NCBI RefSeq assembly: GCF_017745095.1
Contig: NZ_JAGHZZ010000007.1
Span: 151,565-215,564 of the forward strand
Reading direction: 5' to 3'
Source of the DNA: Sporocytophaga sp.
GTDB taxonomy: Bacteria > Bacteroidota > Bacteroidia > Cytophagales > Cytophagaceae
DNA length: 64,000 bases
The translations under genes and the position numbers were made by a program. Below are positions 38,525 to 48,115 of this stretch, piece after piece. The notes below the pieces were generated by a model, which did not search any database, was not told where the DNA came from, and saw only the letters and a program-made list of their open reading frames with translations. Within the stretch, counting starts at the first letter, position 1. Each line of letters begins with the position of its first letter.

Positions 38525-39448
38525 TTAATCTTTTACAACTATCTTTGCTGTCTCCTTTGCAATTCCTATTGTAGCAACCGATCCACTATTAAACCTCAGA
38601 AAATCAGTTTCGATACCATCGCTGAATATGATTCCACTAGCTGGCATGAGTGATTCAATAGTCAGATAATTTTGATTTTTAATCAATCCTGCTGTTATTC
38701 CTGTTTGCGTCCTGATGCTCTGGAACGGCTCTCTGACAGCAAATAATAATTCATTGTCATTAAGAGCAGGCTTTTTAGGTTTCAAATTTTTTTCCAACAA
38801 ACCTGCGACCCCATAGGCCATGTTAAAAACGGAACTTAACCAGCCTGTTGAACCTGCCAGTGTTGAAACAATAAGCCCGCTAGAAGAATGTTCTTCCGTT
38901 TTTTTATTGAATGATATTCTATATCGTGCGGAAATATGTGAAGATGCTCCGATGAAAAGATCATTAAACGCCAAAAGCCTTTGTCCATCATTTAATCTGG
39001 CTTCGGCAAATCTCATTGTCTTTGATTGAAATTTATTACTGATTACATTTTCAATACCCAACATAAAGTTTGACGTATCAAAAGGTAGAAGAATACCGTC
39101 GTACCTTCCCTTGTCAGGATTTACTGCAACGATCGGACAAGACTTCGAATATTTTGCAGTGTTTGCAACTAGGCCATCTTGTCCTATTACGACAATTAGA
39201 TTTTTCTCTGAGAAAATGAAAGAAGGAAGATATATCCGTTCAACAGTTTTATTCTTTACAACCTTTGATAATTGTGTCTGTAAGGATATAAGTGAACTTT
39301 GAAATATTTCATGTTCCAGTTCATAATCATCAAAATTTCCGCCAAGACTTTCAATATAGAACTTTGCCTGAGCTTTTGTATTAAAGCGTTCAATTAAAGA
39401 TTCAAGCCTAGTCTTATTTTTTACAATAATGGCATACTCTATATTCAT
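38525..39448 (-). CDS. Divergent ATP-NAD kinase family protein
   Basis: VIGQDG (variant of GGDG), VN, AFND, SSGLIVSTLAGSTGW (variant of DG..VSTP.GST.Y). Confidence 0.82.
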   Translation of the reverse strand: MNIEYAIIVKNKTRLESLIERFNTKAQAKFYIESLGGNFDDYELEHEIFQSSLISLQTQLSKVVKNKTVERIYLPSFIFSEKNLIVVIGQDGLVANTAKYSKSCPIVAVNPDKGRYDGILLPFDTSNFMLGIENVISNKFQSKTMRFAEARLNDGQRLLAFNDLFIGASSHISARYRISFNKKTEEHSSSGLIVSTLAGSTGWLSSVFNMAYGVAGLLEKNLKPKKPALNDNELLFAVREPFQSIRTQTGITAGLIKNQNYLTIESLMPASGIIFSDGIETDFLRFNSGSVATIGIAKETAKIVVKD

Positions 39449-40467
39449 TTTCTGATGTCTTTCTTATCATTAAGGATTGAATCCAAAAGCTCCGGACTAA
39501 TATTTAGACTTCCTATTTTATCCGCATTTTCAGCCAATTGTCTAAAGGCAAGCGAAATATTAAACTTTGGATCAGGATTATTATTTAAAGCTGTCAAGGT
39601 CTTCCAATCGATGTCTTTATATGGTCTTAATGTAGTTTCAATTACATATCCTCTCGTTTCTGCTTCTTTCTTATCATTAGCAGTTTTCTGCTCAATCAAT
39701 TGCTTTCTATGATTTTCAACTGCTATATCTGCTTCTAGTCTCATCTCCCGGAGTTTCCTGTCGTTTTCTGCCTTTTGCACTTCGGACTCCATCTTCTTTT
39801 CTGCAATTTGCTTTTGCTTCTCTTCAACAGCGATTTCAGTATTTAATTCTGATTCTTTGATTTTTCGTTCTTGTTCAACAGCAAAATTCCGACGTTCGTA
39901 AATAGCCTGATCCGCCTCTTGTTGTAGCTTCTCCCTTGTCTCAGTTTCAAGTGCTCTGGACATTTCAGGAGTAGCTTTAATTGCTAGAATGTTTGCTCCT
40001 AAAATTTCAATACCTAGCATTGCAATAGCTTGTGAAGATTTAAGACCTTCCAATATTTGTTCTTCAATACCTTTTGCTGAACGGATAGCGTCTTTCAGTT
40101 TTATTTCATGAATAAATGAAGAGGTCGCCGTTTGGGCATCATTAATGATCCTTTGATTCAACTTTTCTATATCGTTCTTCTTATACTGTCCGTTGTCATT
40201 AACAGTAAAATCTAATACATCTGCCAAAGTCTTAGGCTGGCGGATTTTATAACTGATCTGTCCTTGAATATTAACGGTCTGATAGTCGTTGGTAGATTCA
40301 TTAAAGATGAAAGGTAAATCGTTGCTTCCCATAGGAATGGCAACAATTGAGCTATTGGGTGAAAAATAAAAAAATGAAAGACCTCTACCCTCTCTTTTTA
40401 TACTTCCGTTCTTATAATGAAGAACGTAAGTCATTGAATCAAATTTAATGTGCTTTATTCCAAACAT
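39445..40467 (-). CDS. SPFH/band-7 domain protein with long coiled coil, no N-terminal TM helix
   Basis: T.DYQTV.IQGQISYKI..P..LA..LDF SPFH core; TPEM.RALET..RE..QQEAD.AIYERR..AVEQER.I coiled coil. Confidence 0.88.
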   Translation of the reverse strand: MFGIKHIKFDSMTYVLHYKNGSIKREGRGLSFFYFSPNSSIVAIPMGSNDLPFIFNESTNDYQTVNIQGQISYKIRQPKTLADVLDFTVNDNGQYKKNDIEKLNQRIINDAQTATSSFIHEIKLKDAIRSAKGIEEQILEGLKSSQAIAMLGIEILGANILAIKATPEMSRALETETREKLQQEADQAIYERRNFAVEQERKIKESELNTEIAVEEKQKQIAEKKMESEVQKAENDRKLREMRLEADIAVENHRKQLIEQKTANDKKEAETRGYVIETTLRPYKDIDWKTLTALNNNPDPKFNISLAFRQLAENADKIGSLNISPELLDSILNDKKDIRK

Positions 40468-40572
40468 ATTCCTATTGTAATTTTTTAGATTAAGCTCCTA
40501 AAATATGGAGCTATAAAGTTTAATATTGTGTATTACTTTTTCACTTTAGAAATGAACGACTGAACGATTACT

Positions 40573-43500
40573 CTAATAAACAAAATATGGTCTCTCAGTA
40601 ACAAATAACATCTTATCAGCCTTTTCCTTCCAGCTTTTCGGAGACTTTTCTCCCAAATAAACAGCACCTAAAACATAGGCATGTCCTTTCATTTTAATTG
40701 ATAACTCTTTGATTTTTTCTTCTGCTTTTTCAGGAGCTTCTCCATTTTGAAGAGATTTCACAAATGCGTCAAATCTATAAAAATCCGATGGAGAGTAGGT
40801 GCGCAGAATAACCATATAAGGACTAATATCTTTTCCTTTTCTTGCTAATAACCCAATACTCGGAGTTATACTATTCATATTTAAGCCTTCTTCAGGACTT
40901 AAATTAAGAAACTCTTGAACAATGTTTTCGGAAACTCCGTCTGATGCTGCCGCCAGCCTGAGAGCAAATGAACGATTATCCCCACTACTACCTGATACTT
41001 TTAAAGCTTCATTAAGATAGCCTTTAGACAAATTAACATAGATTAAAGAAACGGAGTCTGTCAAAGTTCCCCATTCTAATTGGGTTATATATTCAAGATA
41101 ATCCGATTTCCATGAATTTTCAACCAGCTTATTATAATTCATCTTATGTATCCGCGCAATATCTACGCAAACACTATTTAGAGAAGGTTCTTTTTCTATT
41201 GCATTTCTCAAAGCCTTTTCTGCAAGTGTCCAATTTTCCTGACTTGTCAAAACGTATCCTCCTGCCAAAGAAAGCCATGCATTGTCAGGCCATTTGTTAT
41301 AACCATCTATAAATGCCTTATCTTGCTCCGGACCATCTTCCATGCAACGAATTGCCAGGTAATACAAATCTGCATTTTCAGGATCTTTCTTGTACCTTTC
41401 CTCACAATCACGACAGACTTTTTTTGCCTGCACCTCTGACACTGCATCCTGCATGCTTCTGAGAGTGATTACTTCATTTTTGTTTCTTTTTAATCTTAAT
41501 GCAAGTAAGGTATCTCCGTCTTTCATAGTTGCTGCCACTGACAACCAAGAACCAAGACTTTTGGATTTAGTATCATCCCAAAGTATGTGACTCCTGATGA
41601 GATTTAAACTGTCTAACTTATCATTGACAACAGAAAGCACTTCATAGGGGCTATTTCCATAATCAGTAAGTAATGACTTAAATTCAGAGGATCCTCTTTT
41701 TAATTTAATAGTTTCAGGAAAGTCTGTAAAAAAATAATCCGCATCCGATTTAAACCACCTTGGAGCTCCATATACTTTCTGCTGAGGAGCATAACTTGAA
41801 CTTATTGAAGTAGCATAGGAATAAAAAGTTGTCCATTTCTGCATCACTGCAGCTGAGGCTATATTGTACACTAATGTCCCGCTCTCGCTATTGAGTTCTT
41901 CCTCGAATTTTTCAATCAGCGTCCCATCTTCCGTTCTGGATTCTACAGTAAATTTCCCATCCGTTGAAATAGATATTTTTTCATTGGACAATGGTTCCAA
42001 CCTTATACTTTCATCTGCAATATTTACCGATACAGGTGTTGATAAGCCATTGTATATAATCAGATCAGTTTCAGTTACTGATTGTCCCGCAAAAAAAGCA
42101 ACACCTATAATGGATGCTGCAACTGAAAATCTGGCAATAGTTGGTATTAACCCATCAGCAGAGTAAAACCTATCCCACAGATTCAGTTTAAGCTCTACTT
42201 TACTTTCATTGCCATTCAATAAAAGAGGATATGTATAAGATATACTGGAAACAGAAGGAGCTGCGCCAGGATTAGCAGATGTCTGATAAGCAGAAGCTAG
42301 CTTTTCTTCTGTTGCAATCAGTTCTTCCAATGCCCCATCCTTCAGTTTTTCAAGACTATTAACCGCAAGATTAATCCAGCTATCCACAACTCCTATCCAA
42401 CCATTAATATTTTCATTATTGGCATATCCAAGTTTAAATTCTTCAAGGAGTGAAGACCAACTTTCTGCATTCATTCTAGCCAGGACTAAAGTCCCCGGAT
42501 TTACACTTGATGTATTATTATAAATGACTTCAAGCGACCTTGTAATATTTCTCGCGTCGCTCAATAATCTGTTCATTTCGGAAGAAGAAACATTCCCATC
42601 TGCCAGAATTACTCTTAGAGTGTTATCAAATACTCTTTTGTAATCTGCAATGATAGCAACAGAATGTTCTGCATAATGTATGAGACTTACAAGTCCCTTC
42701 AGATAGGTGTTCCACGAAGGATCAAAACTTTCACCAATATTAGAATGTATAGATCTGAGTTTTTGATTGTATTTCAGAAATTTTTGCTGCTGCTCATTCA
42801 CTTCTCTTTTTAGTCGAGAAATTAATTCCGGTAAATCCTTTCTTTTTATCTCCTTGCCTTCATGCAATATTACGCCTCCCGGAGCATCATACACTTTATC
42901 AAATAATGCCTGAAGCATTATTATTTCTTCGTTTCTGCTTTCAAGCAACTCCAGTTCCTGCTTCAATGACTCAGGGTACAAATCTTTCAAAAACTCATGA
43001 ATCTCTTCATTCCTATATTGATTAGAATAAAGTTCATCAACTTTTTCAACATCTCTGGCAAGAGAATACTTAAGATAATAACCTCTGTATTTGGGATTAT
43101 AGAAAATCTTATTATATCTTTTATCTATCTCCTCAATGGCTTGCTCATTGCTAATATCTACTATCTGCTTGTCCTTGATAACAATATGCTTGTAAAGATG
43201 CTTGGTCATCTTTTTCTTAAGTTCTTCAGCATCTTTAAATAATATCCATGAGCTACGTTCGTCCTTTGGAGCATCGATATAAGTTCGTTTAGCGTTTTCC
43301 TCCCTTTCAAAACCTGAAGGGTGCGTAGACCACATTTTAGGAGGACTTGCAAGATGTTTTTTGAAAATTCGCTGAGAGGAAGAATTTTCTATTACCGGTG
43401 GATTCCCATATTCCGGTTTATCGATTATGACACCAATCTTCTTTATAAAATATTTCTGAAGGTTAAATACATCTGAGACTGCCTTCCCTTCATATAAAGC

Positions 43501-44394
43501 TTCTACACCATACTGAACCGATTGATCCCATGCATTATCCGCTGCTTCTAGTCTATATAAACCATTTACAATTGCATCACTACCTGTTAATGATACAGCA
43601 ACCAGGTCTGCATTAAATTCCATTTCTCTGGAAAGCGCTCTTTCAGCCAATATTACAATCGTGAATAAAGTATCCATCAAGGACCTGATCGCCCAAACAA
43701 ATATACTTAATAACCATCCTATCCATGCGATTCTCAGATCAAAGCTTGAAATCCCTTTAATCATATTATCAAACCAATCTCTGGCGCCAACTATGTGAGA
43801 AGCTATCTGTCTGGATATATATACCCACCTGCCCACAGCCATTGTCTTTTGGGCAAAATGGCCAAATTCATGCGCAAGAACAGCTTTAAATTCATTAAGT
43901 GTAAGTGAGTTTACAAGACCTAAACCTATTTCAAGATTTTTTTTGGTCGGAAATACCAGATTGATAATAGAAAGATCATAAAAAACCGAAGCGTTTACTC
44001 GTGCTGATAAATATACACGATGAGGCCTTGGTGCTCCTGCATTATCAGCAACCTCATTAATAAATTTAAATAGCTCAGGCTCTTGCTTTTCTGTTATTTC
44101 AAAATCATCACCTTTATCGAATCTCTTAATAAAAAATAAGGCCTTGGTTAAAAAGAGCGCAAGGAATGCCATGATTACCCCTACAATCAAATTCAGGAAT
44201 GGATTACTTCCTGTGCCAACATTCATAAATGATTTTACTGAGGTAGAGGCAAAAAAATAAATGAACCAAAAATAAAGAAGTACGAATACACACAAACCAC
44301 TAAGTGCAAGCCAAGCATGAAGCTTATATTTGGAAGTCGGTTTAGTGAGGTTCTCAGGTACGGACTTTGGACCTTTAGGATAATATATTTCCAT
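40573..44394 (-). CDS. Large M48-family (HtpX-like) membrane metalloprotease with TPR-like C-terminal region
   Basis: VNASV, AVLAHEFGH, SREMEFNAD, STHP motifs; TM segments; helical repeat tail. Confidence 0.9.
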   Translation of the reverse strand: MEIYYPKGPKSVPENLTKPTSKYKLHAWLALSGLCVFVLLYFWFIYFFASTSVKSFMNVGTGSNPFLNLIVGVIMAFLALFLTKALFFIKRFDKGDDFEITEKQEPELFKFINEVADNAGAPRPHRVYLSARVNASVFYDLSIINLVFPTKKNLEIGLGLVNSLTLNEFKAVLAHEFGHFAQKTMAVGRWVYISRQIASHIVGARDWFDNMIKGISSFDLRIAWIGWLLSIFVWAIRSLMDTLFTIVILAERALSREMEFNADLVAVSLTGSDAIVNGLYRLEAADNAWDQSVQYGVEALYEGKAVSDVFNLQKYFIKKIGVIIDKPEYGNPPVIENSSSQRIFKKHLASPPKMWSTHPSGFEREENAKRTYIDAPKDERSSWILFKDAEELKKKMTKHLYKHIVIKDKQIVDISNEQAIEEIDKRYNKIFYNPKYRGYYLKYSLARDVEKVDELYSNQYRNEEIHEFLKDLYPESLKQELELLESRNEEIIMLQALFDKVYDAPGGVILHEGKEIKRKDLPELISRLKREVNEQQQKFLKYNQKLRSIHSNIGESFDPSWNTYLKGLVSLIHYAEHSVAIIADYKRVFDNTLRVILADGNVSSSEMNRLLSDARNITRSLEVIYNNTSSVNPGTLVLARMNAESWSSLLEEFKLGYANNENINGWIGVVDSWINLAVNSLEKLKDGALEELIATEEKLASAYQTSANPGAAPSVSSISYTYPLLLNGNESKVELKLNLWDRFYSADGLIPTIARFSVAASIIGVAFFAGQSVTETDLIIYNGLSTPVSVNIADESIRLEPLSNEKISISTDGKFTVESRTEDGTLIEKFEEELNSESGTLVYNIASAAVMQKWTTFYSYATSISSSYAPQQKVYGAPRWFKSDADYFFTDFPETIKLKRGSSEFKSLLTDYGNSPYEVLSVVNDKLDSLNLIRSHILWDDTKSKSLGSWLSVAATMKDGDTLLALRLKRNKNEVITLRSMQDAVSEVQAKKVCRDCEERYKKDPENADLYYLAIRCMEDGPEQDKAFIDGYNKWPDNAWLSLAGGYVLTSQENWTLAEKALRNAIEKEPSLNSVCVDIARIHKMNYNKLVENSWKSDYLEYITQLEWGTLTDSVSLIYVNLSKGYLNEALKVSGSSGDNRSFALRLAAASDGVSENIVQEFLNLSPEEGLNMNSITPSIGLLARKGKDISPYMVILRTYSPSDFYRFDAFVKSLQNGEAPEKAEEKIKELSIKMKGHAYVLGAVYLGEKSPKSWKEKADKMLFVTERPYFVY

Positions 44395-44663
44395 GATAAT
44401 ATTAATGAATTGAGAAAAAGATTTTATTGAAAACGGATCAATAACTATTGTAAAAATTAATCATACTTTTAATATTCTTAACTAATCTAATCAAAAAATA
44501 CGAGATTAATCACTTCAAGTTTGGTAATTTATAAACATTTATGAGCTGATAATTTGATATGAAATTCCCCCTTACAAAATTTCATTTTCTTTAAATTCTC
44601 ACAATTTACCATTTAAAATTCCTTCTAAAAATCAACTAATTAAAAACCCAGAGAGTCTAAATA

Positions 44664-46991
44664 TTAGAAAAAAATCGTGAAAGTCGAGCCTTTACCTAAT
44701 TCACTTTCCACCTCAATATGCCCACCTGTGTTTTCAATCATTTTTTTCACAATATATAGTCCCACTCCAGTCCCCTCCACATGAGTATGCAAACGTTTAA
44801 ACATCTGGAACAATTTGCCTTGTTGCCGTTTATCCAATCCCAGACCGTTATCTTTAATAGAAAGTATTATATTGCCTTCTTCTAACCTTTCCGTTTTTAT
44901 ATTGATTACAGGGTCTCGTTCACTTCTATATTTAATAGCATTGCTCAGGAGATTATACATAATACTTCGTAGATTTTTTTTAGAAAAATGAATTGAAGCA
45001 ATCTGAATATCTTCTATAAAAGTTACTTTGTCCATTTTTATCTGCTCTCTGTAATCTTGCTTAAAATCATTTATAATAGTATTAAATGAAATATCTTCAG
45101 CAGCATCATGTACACCTCTTTGAATTCTGCTAATTTCCGTTAATTCTTCTATAGTAATTTTTAACCTTTCAATTGAAGTTTTTATCATCTCAATAAGCGA
45201 CTGCTGTTCTTCTGATTTAATATTTTTACTCCCTTCAAAAATAATATCCACCAATGCTTCCATATTAATGATAGGAGCTTTCAGATCATGAGAGGCTGTA
45301 TAAATAAAATTATCAAGATCATTGTTAATCCTAAGTAATTCAAAATTTTTCTTTTCAAGTTTTTTTTCATTTTCAATTCTTTCTGTAAGATCTATTCCCA
45401 TAATCACCACTCCCCTTACCTTATTTTCAAATATATCAGGAATAAAATTGAGGCTAATAGTCTTTGATAACTTGCTTTTTAATTCCAATTCAATTTCAGC
45501 AGAAGTTTCATTTCCAGATAATGATCCGTTCAACAATTCATGAAATATGTTATAAGTTTCTTCATCCATCCCATCCTGAATTGCTTTACCCTCAATACTA
45601 TCAGAGACATTTCTGATCTTCTTAAAGTTCTGATTGGCAAACTGACATACATTATCTTTATTGATATACGCTATCATTGCAGGTATTGCATTGGTTATAA
45701 GACTCAACTGGCTCTCTCTTTTTTTTAGCTCATAGGTTCTTTCCCTTATTTTTTCCTCCAGATTTTGATTCGCCGCTTTTAATTTATCCTGAATTTCTTT
45801 AAGCTCCGTTATATCTCTTGAAATCGAAAGGATATGGGTTACATTGCCTTCTGCATCCCTTTGAAAAGGGATTTCTCTCGAAGCTGTCCAATTCCATTTC
45901 CCGGTATTAGGGTCCTTCACACTAAATTCAAATGTAGTGATCTCATCATCTTTTAATTTTCTATATTTTTCATACCTGGCTTTTATTGCTGAATTTTCAT
46001 CCGGATGTAAAATGCCCCATTCCGTAAGCATATCAGCAGTCACTCCCAAATATTTTTCTGGCTCACGATTAATATAAACAACTTCTCCTGTATTCAAATC
46101 AACTATAAAAATGGAATCAGGTGTGGTCTCTGCAACCTTTTGACTGAACAATTGGCTCTCCTTTAATTCTTCCTCTACCTCCTTTCTATCTGTGATGTCC
46201 ATCACGATTCCTATAATCTGGCAAACATTTCCATTTTTATCTCTTCTGAAAACTTTTTCTCTTGAATAAAACCATCTATACTCCCCGTTTACATCCTTTA
46301 TTCTATAATCCAATGACCTTACTTCATCATCTTCTGCACTTTTAAAGCCATCAAAATAGTCTTCTATCAGCTGAACATCATCCGGGTGTATTAACTCTGA
46401 TACAATCGATTTCCCCATACTTTTCAATTGGTCGGAGCTATAGCCAAGGGATTCATTCAATTCTTTATTTGAATAGATATTCTTTTTTTCATTTATATCA
46501 TATACATACAATTTATTAGGACTAGCTTCAGCCAGATTTTGTATAAAGTGCTTATGTTTTTCCAAAGCTTTTACGTGATCATTCAGCCGGTCTTTTAAAC
46601 TACGAAATGAAAGATTATCTATAATAGTCAGAATTTTTGGTGCAAGCACATATAAGGCATAAATCACCCCTAATGAAGCAATTGAAGTAATGCCCCTGAC
46701 AATAAACTCAAGCCTATAAATTGGATTCCAAACAGTTAATACATCGATAAGATGACTAATTCCAGTCCCTGTAATAAAAAGAAAAATGAGCAGGACCCAC
46801 CAGTATCGTCTAAAATCTTTTCTCTTCCAAATAATATATCCTATAATGAAAGAGATAATAAAAAAAACGAGGGAAGTAATGGCGTCAGAAATAACATTGA
46901 TCCACATAGTGTCAAGTTTCCCTAAAATAAATTGAGTAATCCTCCCAAAAAGCAAACTTAATAAGGTCATCAACGATTGGGTATAAAACAA
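44664..46991 (-). CDS. Sensor histidine kinase: ethylene-receptor-like 3-TM domain, PAS/PAC domains, HisKA, HATPase
   Basis: ISD...F.I...G.SHL N-terminus; two PAC motifs; ASHDLKAP H-box; NLLSNAIKY, DNGLG, FQMF, GTGVGL boxes. Confidence 0.92.
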   Translation of the reverse strand: MFYTQSLMTLLSLLFGRITQFILGKLDTMWINVISDAITSLVFFIISFIIGYIIWKRKDFRRYWWVLLIFLFITGTGISHLIDVLTVWNPIYRLEFIVRGITSIASLGVIYALYVLAPKILTIIDNLSFRSLKDRLNDHVKALEKHKHFIQNLAEASPNKLYVYDINEKKNIYSNKELNESLGYSSDQLKSMGKSIVSELIHPDDVQLIEDYFDGFKSAEDDEVRSLDYRIKDVNGEYRWFYSREKVFRRDKNGNVCQIIGIVMDITDRKEVEEELKESQLFSQKVAETTPDSIFIVDLNTGEVVYINREPEKYLGVTADMLTEWGILHPDENSAIKARYEKYRKLKDDEITTFEFSVKDPNTGKWNWTASREIPFQRDAEGNVTHILSISRDITELKEIQDKLKAANQNLEEKIRERTYELKKRESQLSLITNAIPAMIAYINKDNVCQFANQNFKKIRNVSDSIEGKAIQDGMDEETYNIFHELLNGSLSGNETSAEIELELKSKLSKTISLNFIPDIFENKVRGVVIMGIDLTERIENEKKLEKKNFELLRINNDLDNFIYTASHDLKAPIINMEALVDIIFEGSKNIKSEEQQSLIEMIKTSIERLKITIEELTEISRIQRGVHDAAEDISFNTIINDFKQDYREQIKMDKVTFIEDIQIASIHFSKKNLRSIMYNLLSNAIKYRSERDPVINIKTERLEEGNIILSIKDNGLGLDKRQQGKLFQMFKRLHTHVEGTGVGLYIVKKMIENTGGHIEVESELGKGSTFTIFF

Positions 46992-47159
46992 AAAACCTTG
47001 TACTAACCTAATTGTTAGGAAAATACACTCACAGTTGTCGAATATTTAATCTAAAGACAAAATTAAATGTTCGTGAATTAAAAATGCCCACCAAGTTTCA
47101 AATCCTGAAGGGCATCTAATTTTATACTAAAATTTTGCAAAAACCTTAGTTTTTCATGC

Positions 47160-47513
47160 TTAAGACTGGCCTATGGGCTGGTTTACAGACTTACTATCTT
47201 TAGACTGAATTGAATTCAGTACCTCCTGAGTTACATCTTTTCCTCCCGTGATATTGGTATATAAAGCACCTATGCTATAAATAGGTCCCCAGGGAATCCC
47301 CCACCATCCCAAAAGAAATGTTAGTAATGTAAACCCAATACCATGTTTCACAGTTGACTCTCCAGGTTTAATAAAATACACATCACTTGAGCGTCTAAAA
47401 GTCATTACAACAATCGAAATGCAATATTGAAACACAACGAATTTTCCTCCATTGTTTAATTCTCTTTCAATATCACTGCCAGATAGTCCTTGAATGTTTT
47501 TGATGTTGGCCAT
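47160..47513 (-). CDS. Conserved hypothetical membrane protein
   Basis: GGKFVVFQYCIS..MTF.RSS.VYFI and LLGWWGIPWGPIY motifs. Confidence 0.75.
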   Translation of the reverse strand: MANIKNIQGLSGSDIERELNNGGKFVVFQYCISIVVMTFRRSSDVYFIKPGESTVKHGIGFTLLTFLLGWWGIPWGPIYSIGALYTNITGGKDVTQEVLNSIQSKDSKSVNQPIGQS

Positions 47514-47831
47514 ATTTATTTTTATTTTAAAAAGTTATTTACAAATATTGAAATTTAGAGAAACTAGAGTTTTGGTAAGAATGAGTATACTTAAAATATC
47601 TTGAATAGGTTAGAAAATTCCCATATACAAAATTTTTACTAGGTCAAACTCAGATTCAAAATCCTCCTGAATATGTAAAATTTCATTTACCATATTCACT
47701 ACCTAATGAAAAAATAACTTACTCAAAACTTTTTCGTACAGAAATTCCTATTGAGAATCTTAAAATTTGTATAACAAAATAATAAATAATATATAAAGGC
47801 AAAAATCTTCATATGAAAATGTAAATAAGAA

Positions 47832-47845
47832 TTTAAATCGGAATG
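47832..47845. repeat. Possible third, decayed copy of the tRNA-Lys downstream att sequence
   Basis: tttaaatcggaatg identical to 61697-61710 and 59112-59125. Confidence 0.35.
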
Positions 47846-48115
47846 AAAACCTTTTTAAAATCTATTCATACTTTTATATGAAGATTTAAGATAAACCTAA
47901 GAAATAAATCTATTTTCAGCTAACTTAACAAAGACATAAATTTTACAATATTGTATTCATTGGGATTCGTGCGGTAAAGACTACCTATAGTTAATTTTCT
48001 CTTGCAATATTTCCAAGCTTTAACACAAGCTATTCAACTCCTACATTCGACTGACTTTATTAAGCCCTTATATCATATTTTCTTTTATTCAGTTGGCCTT
48101 TATTAAAGCAAGTGA

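Noticed and set aside
40526-40548. Weak GTG-N11-CAC palindrome upstream of the SPFH gene as an NrtR-type operator
   Set aside because: Symmetry poor, spacing differs from NrtR boxes I recall, and no NrtR gene in the window
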